The notes beneath the pieces are model-generated. The model saw nothing but the letters and a program-made list of their open reading frames with translations. It ran no database searches and was not told the origin of the DNA. Below are positions 17,365-29,284 of a DNA stretch of 64,000 nt, one piece after another. The position numbers and the translations under genes were made by a program. Numbering within the stretch: position 1 is the first letter of the stretch; each line of letters starts with the position of its first letter. Source of the stretch: Candidatus Saccharimonadota bacterium (GTDB taxonomy: Bacteria; Patescibacteriota; Saccharimonadia; Saccharimonadales; OFTM59); assembly GCA_029260855.1 (NCBI GenBank), contig JAJDCK010000014.1:6018-70017 (forward strand), read 5' to 3'.

Positions 17365-17916
17365 CTAACTCGTTTGTGGTGGTCTGTTTAAAATCCCATC
17401 CAGGACTTCGGCTTCTCTTTTTGTAAATCCTTTGTTAAGGTGCGGGTCACGCTCAACGATAAACGGTTTTTGAAACGGCAAGAAGGGGGCTACCCAATCA
17501 TCCACAATTGCATAATGTCCCACCGGGTACTTAGCTAACCAGGCCTCAACTTCTATGCCCCGATCCCACGGTTTCAGTTTGTGATATATTGCCGTCCTCT
17601 CTTTTCGGGGAGGGGCCGCTGCTGGTCTCCAAAGTTCGCTCTCCAGATCTATTGTTCGGTCTATAATTGGCGGATTTGGCCACCCAGCCTGAGTCGCATA
17701 CCATGTTATTAGAGACCTGTACTTAGCTGACCCGCGCCAGGTGGAGCTTATTACCGGGCTTGCCTGATGCGCTTCGGCTACCTCTCTTAAGCAGCTTACG
17801 GTACGAGGATCAAAATGTTTTATGTTTGGCAACGTGCCTTCCATTCGAAGGCGGATCATCTCATTAGTGGCTGCAAGGACATTATCAATATCAAGGAAGA
17901 TTACTTTTTCGGGCAA
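17365..17916 (-). CDS. HAD-superfamily protein (Swiss Army Knife RNA-repair-like HAD domain)
   Basis: KVIFLDIDNVL, ISSTWR, RGIEVEAWL, YAIVDD. 5' end uncertain. Confidence 0.8.
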   Translation of the reverse strand: MPEKVIFLDIDNVLAATNEMIRLRMEGTLPNIKHFDPRTVSCLREVAEAHQASPVISSTWRGSAKYRSLITWYATQAGWPNPPIIDRTIDLESELWRPAAAPPRKERTAIYHKLKPWDRGIEVEAWLAKYPVGHYAIVDDWVAPFLPFQKPFIVERDPHLNKGFTKREAEVLDGILNRPPQTS

Positions 17917-18039
17917 GTTTTCAGTTCAGGATCTACTAGAGGTTTCTCGGAATGGCCACACGAAAATTCGGCTCAGGAGGGTATGACATATATTAAAACA
18001 TTATACCACGCTCGTCAATCTACAACAATGCTGAATAGC

Positions 18040-18615
18040 TCATTCTGGACTGGGGGTGAAGCTGCCGTATTGGTTGGGGGTTAGTGTGCAGCTGCCCCAC
18101 AGACCTTTGTTTTGGGCGCGGGCAGTTAGCTCAAACGCCTTAAATTCATCAGATTTCGTAAACGGAAAGCTAGTATAGGCGAAACCGTAACCTTGCCCGA
18201 TTATCTCAGCCTGCACCAATCGGCCGTCAGGTAAATAAATATAACGCAATAAACGGTCGTAGCGGTCGCGGTTGCTGCTGAGCGGGTCGGATTCTAAACG
18301 AACATCACTCTTGCCTATAAGTTCTTTGGTGAAGCTGCTGGCGGCACGGCCAAAGCATTGTACGGGCTTGCGTGGGTCCTTTGTTTCTGGCGTATCCACA
18401 CCAATAAAGCGAACCCGCTCTTCTTTACCGTTCATGTCTACAGTTATCGTGTCGCCGTCTTCTACGCTAAGTACTTGATATAAGCCTGGGGCGCTAGTGC
18501 CCAGCAGTCGCCCGCTCTCGCCGGTTTGTGTCCCGCCAAGATAAGTTACTAACGTGCCCAGTAGACTGATCGCTAGCCCGATCAGGATTTTTTTGTCGCG
18601 ACGCTTAAGCTTCAT
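18040..18615 (-). CDS. Thermonuclease (staphylococcal nuclease family), membrane-anchored
   Basis: VEDGDTI, VRFIGVDTPE, DRYDRLLRYIY, ARAQNKGLW. Confidence 0.93.
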   Translation of the reverse strand: MKLKRRDKKILIGLAISLLGTLVTYLGGTQTGESGRLLGTSAPGLYQVLSVEDGDTITVDMNGKEERVRFIGVDTPETKDPRKPVQCFGRAASSFTKELIGKSDVRLESDPLSSNRDRYDRLLRYIYLPDGRLVQAEIIGQGYGFAYTSFPFTKSDEFKAFELTARAQNKGLWGSCTLTPNQYGSFTPSPE

Positions 18616-18678
18616 GCGCCTGATTGTACGGCTATTATAAAAGGTATACAATTAAGCTTAAGTTTAATCAGGAATACT

Positions 18679-20067
18679 ATGGACGACCAAAAATCAGGCT
18701 CTCAAAAGACAGATATGCCTGCAGGTATGGAAAATGACACGCCGCGAGTTAACGACGTTCCACAGTATCCGCAGAACACACCAGAAACTCAGCCAAATAA
18801 ACATAGACGAGGTCACCCGCTCCTGCTACTTGCTATCCTGCTTATCGCGGCACTAGGTGGCGCAGCTGGCTATTATAAACTTCATCAAACACTACCTGTT
18901 GCCGTGGATGACTTATCTAACAGCCAGGCTGTTATTGAGCCACAGCGAAATCTCTACTTTCAGGTGGGCAGCAAAATAATGAAATACAACCAAAATGATA
19001 AGTCTACATCCACGCTTACGGCTGTGTTGCCAAATGGGTCCGAAGTGCTGGACTTCTTTGCCGACAACGCTAGCTGGAGAGCGATATATAGAACCACACC
19101 GCAGACTGACGCTGAAGCCCAAAAAATATTTCTTATAGAAAATGACAAACAGCCCGTAACACTTGTAGAAAATGCGCAGTATATAACAGCTGCCGCTGCC
19201 CGACACAGAATGGTAGCTTATAGCTTGCCAGCCGACACCACAGAGTCAACAGGCGCAGCAGCGCGAACGCGTACATTCCTAGCTAAGGCCGGTGAAGAAA
19301 CCGAAGAAATCCTTACTAGTAACCCCTGGAACCAAGAAACTCCATCGTCAGACGTAAAGAATTATTTGTATACGCCGCGCGAAATTTCCAATAATGGTGA
19401 CAAGCTACTGCTCAGTCTTCTCTCGTGCTTCCAGTGCGACGGCCCACCATTGGCAGCAGCCTTTGAGATGGATCTGGAATCTAAAGAAGTAAAGCCGATA
19501 TATCTAAGCGACGAGCCGGGTTACGTCACATTCAACTCCCTTACGGGTGGCTTTAAGGGGTATAAGATCATTGAATCTAACAATCTAAGCCTGGCCTCAG
19601 ACGAACCGTACGAGCTTACGATCAGCCAGGTTGACGCGCCAGGCGCACCGGCTGAACAAGAGTTTAAAGCTAGTGAAAATGATTGGACAAACCTGGTGCT
19701 TTCACTTGATAGGGGTCATGTAGCTATTGAGAAAAAGGATAAGACATTTACTGCGACTGGTAAGACAACTTTTGACGGGATTTATGATTTTGCGGGCGCC
19801 ATAAAGCCGGCCGATATGAAGAAGTTATCTGTTAGCGGCCTACCGGTAGACAAGTACATTGTCCAGTCACTAGGGGTTTTGTATGGCGATTGTCTTGGGG
19901 TTGCGATGTACGAGCGAGCAGTAAACAATCCATCATCTACTAATACCACCCAAGAAGCTGGTGCGATTTGTAAGGCTGCTGAGGGTTATAGCTATGTAAA
20001 GATAGATGACCTTGAATCAGGTAATAACGAAGCTTACCAGACGGTTAAGGCGCTGGATCATTTATAG
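18679..20067 (+). CDS. Single-TM exported beta-rich hypothetical protein
   Basis: Disordered N-terminus, one TM, large extracellular part with a CFQC motif. Confidence 0.7.
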   Translation: MDDQKSGSQKTDMPAGMENDTPRVNDVPQYPQNTPETQPNKHRRGHPLLLLAILLIAALGGAAGYYKLHQTLPVAVDDLSNSQAVIEPQRNLYFQVGSKIMKYNQNDKSTSTLTAVLPNGSEVLDFFADNASWRAIYRTTPQTDAEAQKIFLIENDKQPVTLVENAQYITAAAARHRMVAYSLPADTTESTGAAARTRTFLAKAGEETEEILTSNPWNQETPSSDVKNYLYTPREISNNGDKLLLSLLSCFQCDGPPLAAAFEMDLESKEVKPIYLSDEPGYVTFNSLTGGFKGYKIIESNNLSLASDEPYELTISQVDAPGAPAEQEFKASENDWTNLVLSLDRGHVAIEKKDKTFTATGKTTFDGIYDFAGAIKPADMKKLSVSGLPVDKYIVQSLGVLYGDCLGVAMYERAVNNPSSTNTTQEAGAICKAAEGYSYVKIDDLESGNNEAYQTVKALDHL

Positions 20068-20577
20068 GCCTAGACAGCTTTTGATGTGGTCCTTGCTAAC
20101 TTCTGTGCCATTGACTTCTGTTGCGGGCTCGTCGGAGTGTGGTGGCTCAAAGTCGCTCGTGATACGCTCAAACCTATCTGTAGGCATAGCTTCCGGATAT
20201 GTGTTTCTGGTGGCGTGACTGGAGCGTGTAGCGCGTTGCTTGGCCAGATCTTTGTTGACTTTAACCCAGATAAGTTTGACGTCTGCGCCGTGGTTGACAG
20301 CAATCTGGCGCAAGTGTTGCCTGTCTTTATAAAAATTAAACCCGGTGTCAAAAACTACGCTTTGGCCGGTAGCGAGCAGCTCGGCGGCTAGTTCATTAAG
20401 GTAGTTATACAGTTCAATATTTTCTGGGTGAGAGTGTGTCGGATTTGGATATCGCTCATTCCGAATTTTGTCCGCCCAAAGGTGCGCTGCACCCGTAAGA
20501 TCATGGATCAGTTTTGCTGTCGTGGTCTTGCCTGCACCAGGATAACCAAGCATTAGATATAAGGTCGGTCGGGGCAT
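20062..20577 (-). CDS. Small P-loop kinase (AAA_33-like)
   Basis: LMLGYPGAGKTT, VVFDTGF, FEPP. Confidence 0.88.
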   Translation of the reverse strand: MPRPTLYLMLGYPGAGKTTTAKLIHDLTGAAHLWADKIRNERYPNPTHSHPENIELYNYLNELAAELLATGQSVVFDTGFNFYKDRQHLRQIAVNHGADVKLIWVKVNKDLAKQRATRSSHATRNTYPEAMPTDRFERITSDFEPPHSDEPATEVNGTEVSKDHIKSCLGL

Positions 20578-20615
20578 ATGGACTTATGGTAACACGAAGG
20601 GTACCAGTGTAGGTT

Positions 20616-21110
20616 CTAGCTTGCATTCCCAAGCTGTACGGCCTGAGAAGCTTCGGGTGTAGGTTTTTCTTGCAGACTATTGAAAGTAGCTATACGACCC
20701 CCGTAGACAGCTATTCTCACCCGCATTTTAGCGCGCTGGTTTGCCTCTTTTGTTTCGGCTGATGCTTTCCCTTTTGTCAGGTCTTTGTCTCTACTGAGCA
20801 GTCGTTGCATTTCAGGATCCTGGCTTACTGCAGTTTCGGTGTTTTCATCAAAGCGTGCAAGGGCAAGCGCGCCAACTGCTTTGGCTTGTTGCCACGCCCC
20901 CCACAGCGCCTCAATCTTTTCCCTGTTTCCTGGCCTTACTAAGGGCAAAATGCTCTGTGGCTCAGGATGTAGATCAACTTGAACCAGCGCTGATAATAAC
21001 TCTTCCCGTGAAAAGTCTGTAACGGCATAGTCAAGCTCTAATAGGGCCATTGCCTGCTGAGGGGTTGCCCGTTCTTCCGCTATCATTTGTGGCCTTGATT
21101 GCTCCGCCAT
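20616..21110 (-). CDS. Hypothetical protein
   Basis: 164-aa ORF with a TATAAC -10-like element and a Crp-type box upstream. Confidence 0.65.
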   Translation of the reverse strand: MAEQSRPQMIAEERATPQQAMALLELDYAVTDFSREELLSALVQVDLHPEPQSILPLVRPGNREKIEALWGAWQQAKAVGALALARFDENTETAVSQDPEMQRLLSRDKDLTKGKASAETKEANQRAKMRVRIAVYGGRIATFNSLQEKPTPEASQAVQLGNAS

Positions 21111-21143
21111 GCTCTAGTTATACAGAGTATAAATGTTACCGTA

Positions 21144-21159
21144 TGTGATATTTTTCACT
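21144..21159. promoter_or_regulatory. Crp/Fnr-type operator
   Basis: TGTGA-TATTTT-TCACT, centred 41.5 nt upstream of ATG 21110. Confidence 0.55.
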
Positions 21160-21165
21160 CTTGGG

Positions 21166-21405
21166 CTAAACGAGTTTTTTAGCGCGCAGTGCTGAGTCAA
21201 TACGTTCGCGGTCAAAACCTAAAATGACTTCACCGTCTACATCGGTAACTGGCGTAGCAAGCTGGCCAACTGTGTTGGCGACCCAGTCCATAGCTTCTTT
21301 GTCTTGCGTGATGTCACGCTCTTTAAAGGGCAAACCCTTACTCTGTAGGTACGCCTTTACCATATGGCAATATCCGCAAGCGGGGCTAGTGTAAACAGTT
21401 ATCAT
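21166..21405 (-). CDS. Glutaredoxin/NrdH-like redoxin
   Basis: ITVYTSPACGYC, ATPV cis-Pro, ILGFD. Confidence 0.92.
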   Translation of the reverse strand: MITVYTSPACGYCHMVKAYLQSKGLPFKERDITQDKEAMDWVANTVGQLATPVTDVDGEVILGFDRERIDSALRAKKLV

Positions 21406-21439
21406 GTACCTCTAATTATAACATTGTTATACTAGAGCC

Positions 21440-22066
21440 ATGCAAATGAGGCACATCTCAAAAAAACTAATTCTAGTGGCGCTGATCAGTTTTCTGGCCG
21501 GTATTTTGTGGTTTGTTATGGTTAGGTTCATCATGTATGAGAGTGACGCTGTGCATTATCATGCAAATTTTGCTGTGTATGTGGACGGGCAGCGAGAAAC
21601 ATTTGATAACTTTACATTTTATGAAGAAGTAGCCAGTTGTGGGGCAGACGAGCTCAATAACCCTAAAGCGCGCGGCCATATGCACGATAACATTAGTCAT
21701 GTGGTGCATGTGCATGACTACGGCGTTACCTGGGGCCATTTCTTTGCTAACATAGGATATACATTTGGCAACGACATTTTAAAGACCGATAAGGGTCATT
21801 TTGTTAGTGGCGAGGACGCAAAAGAGCTGAGATTTATCTTAAACGGGAAAGATGTGGATAGTGTTGCCAACCAAACTATTCGGAGCGAAGACGTGCTGTT
21901 AATTGATTTTGGCACCAGTACTGACCCCGAACTACAATCGCGGTTCCAAAGCATTACACGCGACGCTGCTGACTATAACAAACGCGACGACCCCTCATCT
22001 TGCACGGGCGACAAGCCCCTCACCTTCACCGAGCGTTTGAAAAAATCAATCGGTATCAATAGCTGA
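21440..22066 (+). CDS. Membrane-anchored exported His-rich protein, probably metal binding
   Basis: N-terminal TM, HYHANF, HMHD, HVVHVH, WGHFF, two Cys. Confidence 0.7.
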   Translation: MQMRHISKKLILVALISFLAGILWFVMVRFIMYESDAVHYHANFAVYVDGQRETFDNFTFYEEVASCGADELNNPKARGHMHDNISHVVHVHDYGVTWGHFFANIGYTFGNDILKTDKGHFVSGEDAKELRFILNGKDVDSVANQTIRSEDVLLIDFGTSTDPELQSRFQSITRDAADYNKRDDPSSCTGDKPLTFTERLKKSIGINS

Positions 22067-22069
22067 TAG

Positions 22070-22390
22070 TCAGGCGGCGGTGCTATCGTTCTGGCTAGAA
22101 TCAGACACAATACCCCCTTTTGACTTAATCCATGCATCAATTTCATCAAGAGGCAATGGCGGCAAAATATCTTCACTCCCATCATGACCAGGGGTGAGTA
22201 CGGTTAGCGCTTCTAGGCCTGTATAAAAGGAATTAATTATGAGATCACCTGTCGTAGGATCAACTGTTTCGCCATATACATCTCCGTCTTCGTCATGGAG
22301 ACTGTTGTTATGTAAATGTGTGGCCCCAGGCAAGGTTCTAAGATCCACTTCCCCGTTCTCAATACTCAGTGGGCACCTGTTCATTTCCAT
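22070..22390 (-). CDS. Acidic hypothetical protein
   Basis: ORF only. Confidence 0.5.
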   Translation of the reverse strand: MEMNRCPLSIENGEVDLRTLPGATHLHNNSLHDEDGDVYGETVDPTTGDLIINSFYTGLEALTVLTPGHDGSEDILPPLPLDEIDAWIKSKGGIVSDSSQNDSTAA

Positions 22391-22500
22391 GTGTGATTAA
22401 TAGCATATAACAATGCTTATGTCAATGCTAAACAACGACCCCAGAGCTGGGCCGCTGCTTAGTCTTGCAATAAATTGACATAGTTGGTATAATAAATAAG

Positions 22501-22961
22501 ATGGCTGATAAGAGTGAAAAGCTAGAAGAATTGTTTGGCGTTCCGCCGCAAGTTACTGACCGCATTCGTGCTTCTGTTAAAAGACACTCAAAAGCAGTTA
22601 TTGCTTTAGCTAGCTCGCTAACCACAGTCCTGGCTTTACGAGTAATTTCATCATCGTCTCATGCGGATATGAGAGTGTTATAAATGAACGGTACTTTACT
22701 GTTTTAACAGACGAAGGTTTAGTTACGTGCTACGGTAGACAGCGAACAAGGATGCTTGAAGGCGATACTATTAATTCGCTACTATTAGATAGAACGGTAT
22801 TTGTCCCAGCTTCAGGGTCAGGAGTAGGGCCAGATCTACGCCCAATCATAGATAGAGTAATGCTTGAGAGTGGGGTTAAAGTTCCAGAAACACAAATACC
22901 AGTTGGACCCACGGCAATATTGCCAGAGCTGTGTTGCTTTGCTGATTTTTTGCAGCAATAA
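22501..22961 (+). pseudogene. Possible fragmented hypothetical gene (60-aa and 69-aa pieces)
   Basis: TTGCAA-17-TATAAT promoter 7 nt before ATG 22501, followed by short broken ORFs. Confidence 0.3.
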
Positions 22962-23077
22962 AGTTGCGAGGCAACAACTGTCCCTGTTATACTGAAGTGG
23001 TAAATTATGGGATACGCCGACACAAATCTGCCGACGATTACTGAGGTTGTTGCTAACAGCCTGGAGCTCTGCGCCCT

Positions 23078-23926
23078 GTGATCCAACTCTTTGCGGCTAC
23101 AGATATCCACATAAGCCTAAAGGCTGAAAGGCTGTTTACTTTTGGTCCTTTAACAGTGACAAACTCCATGGTCTACGGCTTATTATGCGCAACGCTGCTG
23201 GCGGCTGTCATGATTTTTGCTGCCCGGCGCAGCAAGCTGCTGCCAGGCAGAAGTCGCTTAACATCCATAATTGAAGCTATAACCGAATACGTAATCGGTG
23301 TTTTAGAGGGTGCATTCGGCTCTCGTGAAAAAGCGGCTAAATTTGCCCCCGTCTTTGGTTTTTATTTCTTTTTTATTATTTTCAATAACATGCTTGGTTT
23401 GCTGCCAGTCGTTGGCCCAGGGTTGTACAGCAGCGTAGAGGGTGCTCATATCCCGCTCTTCCGTCCCTTCACTGCAGATTTAAATGGCACGATTGCTATG
23501 AGCGTAATCGCAATTATCATCGTTCAGTACCTGAGCATCAAAGAACAGGGCGGAAAAAAACACTTGCAGCATTACTTTACCGATAAGCCGAAAAACCCGA
23601 TTAACTTCTTTATTGGCATACTTGAGGTGTTCGGTGAGTTTACCCGTATGCTTAGCCTATCGCTGCGTCTTTTTCTGAACACCGCTGTGGGCGAAATTTT
23701 AATAGCTGTCTTTACCTCAATGATTATCGCCTCTGGCCGTACGCCGATTGCTGTTTTGCCGATTTTGTTATTTGAGGCGCTTGTTGCATATATCCAGGCG
23801 TATGTATTCACGGTGCTAGCAGGCACCTATCTTGGTATGGCGATTGCCCATGCCGACCATCACGATGATCACCAAGCAAGTTTAACCTCTGGCCAGGTCG
23901 AAGCCAGTGGGGTGCATGGTGGCTAA
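23078..23926 (+). CDS. atpB: ATP synthase Fo subunit a
   Basis: NNMLGLLP, RPFTADLN, LSLSLRLFLN, IQAYVFTVL. Confidence 0.96.
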   Translation: MIQLFAATDIHISLKAERLFTFGPLTVTNSMVYGLLCATLLAAVMIFAARRSKLLPGRSRLTSIIEAITEYVIGVLEGAFGSREKAAKFAPVFGFYFFFIIFNNMLGLLPVVGPGLYSSVEGAHIPLFRPFTADLNGTIAMSVIAIIIVQYLSIKEQGGKKHLQHYFTDKPKNPINFFIGILEVFGEFTRMLSLSLRLFLNTAVGEILIAVFTSMIIASGRTPIAVLPILLFEALVAYIQAYVFTVLAGTYLGMAIAHADHHDDHQASLTSGQVEASGVHGG

Positions 23927-23988
23927 CCATTTATATTTAGGTAAAATTAATCCGGTGCGCGATTTAGCGTGACGGTAAAGGAGTAAAA

Positions 23989-24225
23989 ATGGTTGAATTA
24001 TTTGCTGATGCAGAAAGCGCTCTAGCTATCTCTAAAGGAGCTATGCTAGGTATTGCTTTTGCTGCTGCCGCCCTAGGCCTAGGCCTGGTCGGCTCAAGTT
24101 ATATGAAGGCTTTGGGGCGAAACCCAGAAGCTGGTAAGGCTGCTACGTCGGTCGTGATCATCGCTGCGATGATCGAGGTAACCGCGCTGTTGGCTTTCCT
24201 GCTAGGTGCCTTCTTGCTCGGATAA
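23989..24225 (+). CDS. atpE: ATP synthase Fo subunit c
   Basis: Helical hairpin with RNPEA loop and essential Glu in MIEVTA. Confidence 0.96.
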   Translation: MVELFADAESALAISKGAMLGIAFAAAALGLGLVGSSYMKALGRNPEAGKAATSVVIIAAMIEVTALLAFLLGAFLLG

Positions 24226-24244
24226 GAATAAATAAGGAGATAAG

Positions 24245-24817
24245 GTGATAGATTTGTTTTCCAAAATTTTAGCTCAGGCCGGTGAACACGTATCGGAAGC
24301 CGAGCACGCCGAAGAAGCGGGCGGTATCGGTGCGTTGGGGCTTGACCCGCTGGCGATTTTGGCGCAGGCTGTCACTTTTCTTCTCCTTTTTTGGATCATC
24401 AAGCGGTTTGCGCTTGAAAAGATTGTAAACACTCTGGAAGAACGCCGAAAGACAATTGACAAAGGGGTTCGCCTGGGCATACAAATGCAGACTGAACAAG
24501 ACAGGCTTGCTGATACTATCGAACAAAAACTACAAGAGGTTCGCAAGCAGTCTGACACTATTCTGGCCGAAGCAAACCAAGAGGCTGGTGCTATAGTCAA
24601 GCAAGCCGAGGCGACGGCTCAAACAAGCATTGATACGATGTTGTCAGACGCCCGAGCCCGAATAGAAGATGACGTGCAAAAAGCTAAGCGAGAGCTAAAG
24701 AAAGATACTATTGACCTTATAGCTGCAGCAACAGAAATCATAATTGACGAAAAGCTTGATGCTAAAAAAGACAGCGAGCTGATTGAGCGCGCACTTGAAG
24801 GGGCTAAAAATGGTTAA
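24245..24817 (+). CDS. atpF: ATP synthase Fo subunit b
   Basis: TM, LEERRKTI, coiled coil. Operon position. Confidence 0.95.
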   Translation: MIDLFSKILAQAGEHVSEAEHAEEAGGIGALGLDPLAILAQAVTFLLLFWIIKRFALEKIVNTLEERRKTIDKGVRLGIQMQTEQDRLADTIEQKLQEVRKQSDTILAEANQEAGAIVKQAEATAQTSIDTMLSDARARIEDDVQKAKRELKKDTIDLIAAATEIIIDEKLDAKKDSELIERALEGAKNG

Positions 24818-25202
24818 AGCATCAGTAAAGCAGCTTGCAGAAGCAATTTACGCGTTGATTGAGAGCGCTAAGACACAGAAAGAACTGACTGAAACGATAG
24901 CAGCTTATCTTGTTGTCGAGCAGCAAACCAAAGACGCGGACCGCGTACTGCGTGAGGTTGAGCGGCTTAGGTATGAACGTGATGGGGTGCTTGAAATTGT
25001 AGCGAGCTCGCGCAGAAATTTGAATGAATCAACCAAGCAAGTAATTTCGCAAATTTTTGAAGCAAAAAACAGTAAAATAGTAGAACAGACCGGAGAAAAT
25101 TTGGTCGGCGGCGTTAGTATTCAGGCTCTGGACAAATGGCTTGATCTGAGTATTCGTGGCCGACTAAATCAACTCAAGAACACTAATCTAGGTAAGGGAT
25201 AA
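24810..25202 (+). CDS. atpH: ATP synthase F1 subunit delta (short)
   Basis: [25 protein letters not shown]. Lies between atpF and atpA. Confidence 0.88.
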   Translation: MVKASVKQLAEAIYALIESAKTQKELTETIAAYLVVEQQTKDADRVLREVERLRYERDGVLEIVASSRRNLNESTKQVISQIFEAKNSKIVEQTGENLVGGVSIQALDKWLDLSIRGRLNQLKNTNLGKG

Positions 25203-25204
25203 GC

Positions 25205-26758
25205 ATGGCACAACCTGACATATCAGTTAAAGAACTATCAAGTGATATTCGTAAAGCGATCGAACAGCTCAAGGTACGCCCTGAGATTGAATCTGTAGGT
25301 ATCGTAACCCGTATTGGCGATGGAATTGCCTGGGTTTATGGCCTGCGCGACGCGGGATTTAATGAAATGATCGAAATTGAATCCGAAACAGGTCATGTCA
25401 CGGCGTTTGCCCTGAACCTAGGCGAGGACGAAATCGGTGCTGTGCTGCTTGGCGATGACCGCTATGTTAAGGCGGGCGCCAAAGTGCGCCGTACTGGCAA
25501 GATCCTGGAAGTGCCCGTTGGTCCTGAGTTAGTTGGGCGTGTTGTTAACCCAATGGGCGAGCCTTTGGACGAAAAAGGCCCCATCAAAACTAACCGCAAA
25601 GGTCGTGTAGAGCAAGCTGCACCAGGCGTGCTTGACCGCAAAAGTGTGCACGAGCCTTTGATGACTGGGCTGCTTGCGATTGATTCAATGGTGCCTATCG
25701 GTCGTGGCCAACGTGAGTTGATTATTGGTGACCGTCAGACCGGTAAAACTGCCGTAGCGATCGACACTATGATTAATCAACACCGCCAGCAAACAGGTGT
25801 TATTAACATCTATGTTGCTGTTGGTCAGAAACTAAGTAAAGTAGCCCGAATTATTGAACGCCTGAAGCGTGAGGGCGTGATGGATCAGACGATTATTATT
25901 GCTACTAGTGCTAGCGACCCTGCGTCGCTGCAGTACCTGGCACCGTACGCCGGTACGGCCATGGGCGAATATTTCCGTGATAACGGCCAGCATGCCTTGA
26001 TTATTTACGATGACCTTACCAAGCACGCGGCGGCTTATCGTCAGATGTCACTTTTGCTTCGCCGTCCACCGGGCCGTGAAGCCTACCCTGGTGATGTGTT
26101 TTATCTGCACTCTAGATTGCTAGAGCGTTCCGCCAAGATGAGCGATAAGCTGGGTGGTGGGTCGCTGACTGCGCTGCCGATCATTGAGACGCAGGCCGGC
26201 GACATCAGTGCTTACATACCAACTAACGTTATTTCTATCACTGACGGCCAGATTTTTATGGAGACCAACTTGTTCTATCAGGGTATACGACCGGCTATCT
26301 CCGTGGGTTTGTCCGTCTCCCGCGTGGGTGGCGCAGCGCAAACTAAGGCTGTCAAAAGCGTGGCGGGTCCGTTGCGACTTAACTTGGCTCAGTTTCGTGA
26401 GCTAGCGGCTTTTGCGCAATTTTCTACTGATCTTGACGCAGAAACTAAGCAGCGCATTGAACGTGGCCAGCGCCTGACAGAACTGCTCAAGCAGCCGCAA
26501 TATTCTCCGCTAGGCGTATGGGAGCAAACGGCAATCCTGATGGCGGCTAATGATGGCGCCTTTGACAGTGTTGAGTTAGAAGACATCAAACAAGCCCAAC
26601 AAGCACTATTGACTACCCTGCACCGCGAGCACAAAAAAGCTATGCAAACTTTGAATACGGGCGCTAAACCAACAGACGAAATAATCAAAATAATCACTGG
26701 TGTTGCGAGTCAGGTCGCTAAGACCTATAAGAAAAATACGGAGCAGCCCAGGACATAG
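25205..26758 (+). CDS. atpA: ATP synthase F1 subunit alpha
   Basis: [29 protein letters not shown]. Confidence 0.99.
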   Translation: MAQPDISVKELSSDIRKAIEQLKVRPEIESVGIVTRIGDGIAWVYGLRDAGFNEMIEIESETGHVTAFALNLGEDEIGAVLLGDDRYVKAGAKVRRTGKILEVPVGPELVGRVVNPMGEPLDEKGPIKTNRKGRVEQAAPGVLDRKSVHEPLMTGLLAIDSMVPIGRGQRELIIGDRQTGKTAVAIDTMINQHRQQTGVINIYVAVGQKLSKVARIIERLKREGVMDQTIIIATSASDPASLQYLAPYAGTAMGEYFRDNGQHALIIYDDLTKHAAAYRQMSLLLRRPPGREAYPGDVFYLHSRLLERSAKMSDKLGGGSLTALPIIETQAGDISAYIPTNVISITDGQIFMETNLFYQGIRPAISVGLSVSRVGGAAQTKAVKSVAGPLRLNLAQFRELAAFAQFSTDLDAETKQRIERGQRLTELLKQPQYSPLGVWEQTAILMAANDGAFDSVELEDIKQAQQALLTTLHREHKKAMQTLNTGAKPTDEIIKIITGVASQVAKTYKKNTEQPRT

Positions 26759-26761
26759 TTT

Positions 26762-27624
26762 ATGGCACAGACGACGGCGCTTAAGCGCAGAATTACCAGC
26801 GTAAAGAACACTAAGCAGATCACCAAGGCTATGGAGCTGGTGGCTGCGAGTAAGATGCGCCGTGCTCAGGAAAACGCGCTTCGTAGCCGAGAATATCGTA
26901 ACCTTGCCCGCGCCATTCTGACACGTATTTCTGAGCTGACTGATGTGACGAAACATCCCTTATACGTAACGCGTGCATTAAAAACCAGGCTTTACATAAT
27001 TGTCACAAGTGACCGAGGCCTAGCCGGTGCATATAACAGCAACCTGTTTAGGCACCTTACAAACGAGCTAAAAACGGACCAGGTTCAGAAAATTCAGAGC
27101 CAGGTTATTGTCATAGGCAAACAGGGTGCTAAATTCTTAGCTCGCTTTAAGGACGTGGAGGTTGTTGCGGTTTATGAAAACTTTCCAGATTACCCTACAG
27201 CTAATGATATCCGCCCTATTCTAAATACGGTTGTAGAGAGTTATAAGGCTAAGGACGTTGATACTGTAGATATTTTGTACACCGACTATAAATCTTCTAT
27301 TTCCCAGGTCGTAACTAGTGACCGCCTACTGCCGGCAGTTTTTGAGGCTGTACCTATACCTAAAGACCTAGAAACTGCAGAGTTCGAACCTTCTGCCGAA
27401 GCGGTTTTAGATAGCATTACCGAGCGAATTATCGAAGTCCAGTTGTCACAAGCGTTGCTAGAGTCAAAAGCTAGCGAACAGTCCATGCGCATGATGGCTA
27501 TGAAGAACGCTTCAGACAACGCGGGCGAAATTATTGACGACCTAACGCTTGCTTTTAATACAGCGCGGCAAGCGGCTATCACCCAGGAATTAGCAGAAAT
27601 AACCGGCGGCGCAGAGGCCATAAA

Positions 27625-27628
<4 letters not shown>
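26762..27628 (+). CDS. atpG: ATP synthase F1 subunit gamma
   Basis: QITKAMELVAASK, TSDRGLAG, ARQAAITQELAEI. Confidence 0.99.
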
Positions 27629-29281
<1,653 letters not shown>

Positions 29282-29284
29282 GCA

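Noticed and set aside
23989..24225. Na+-coupled ATP synthase
   Set aside because: The c subunit has E-V-T and lacks the Q...ES/T...Y sodium signature, so it is most likely H+-type.
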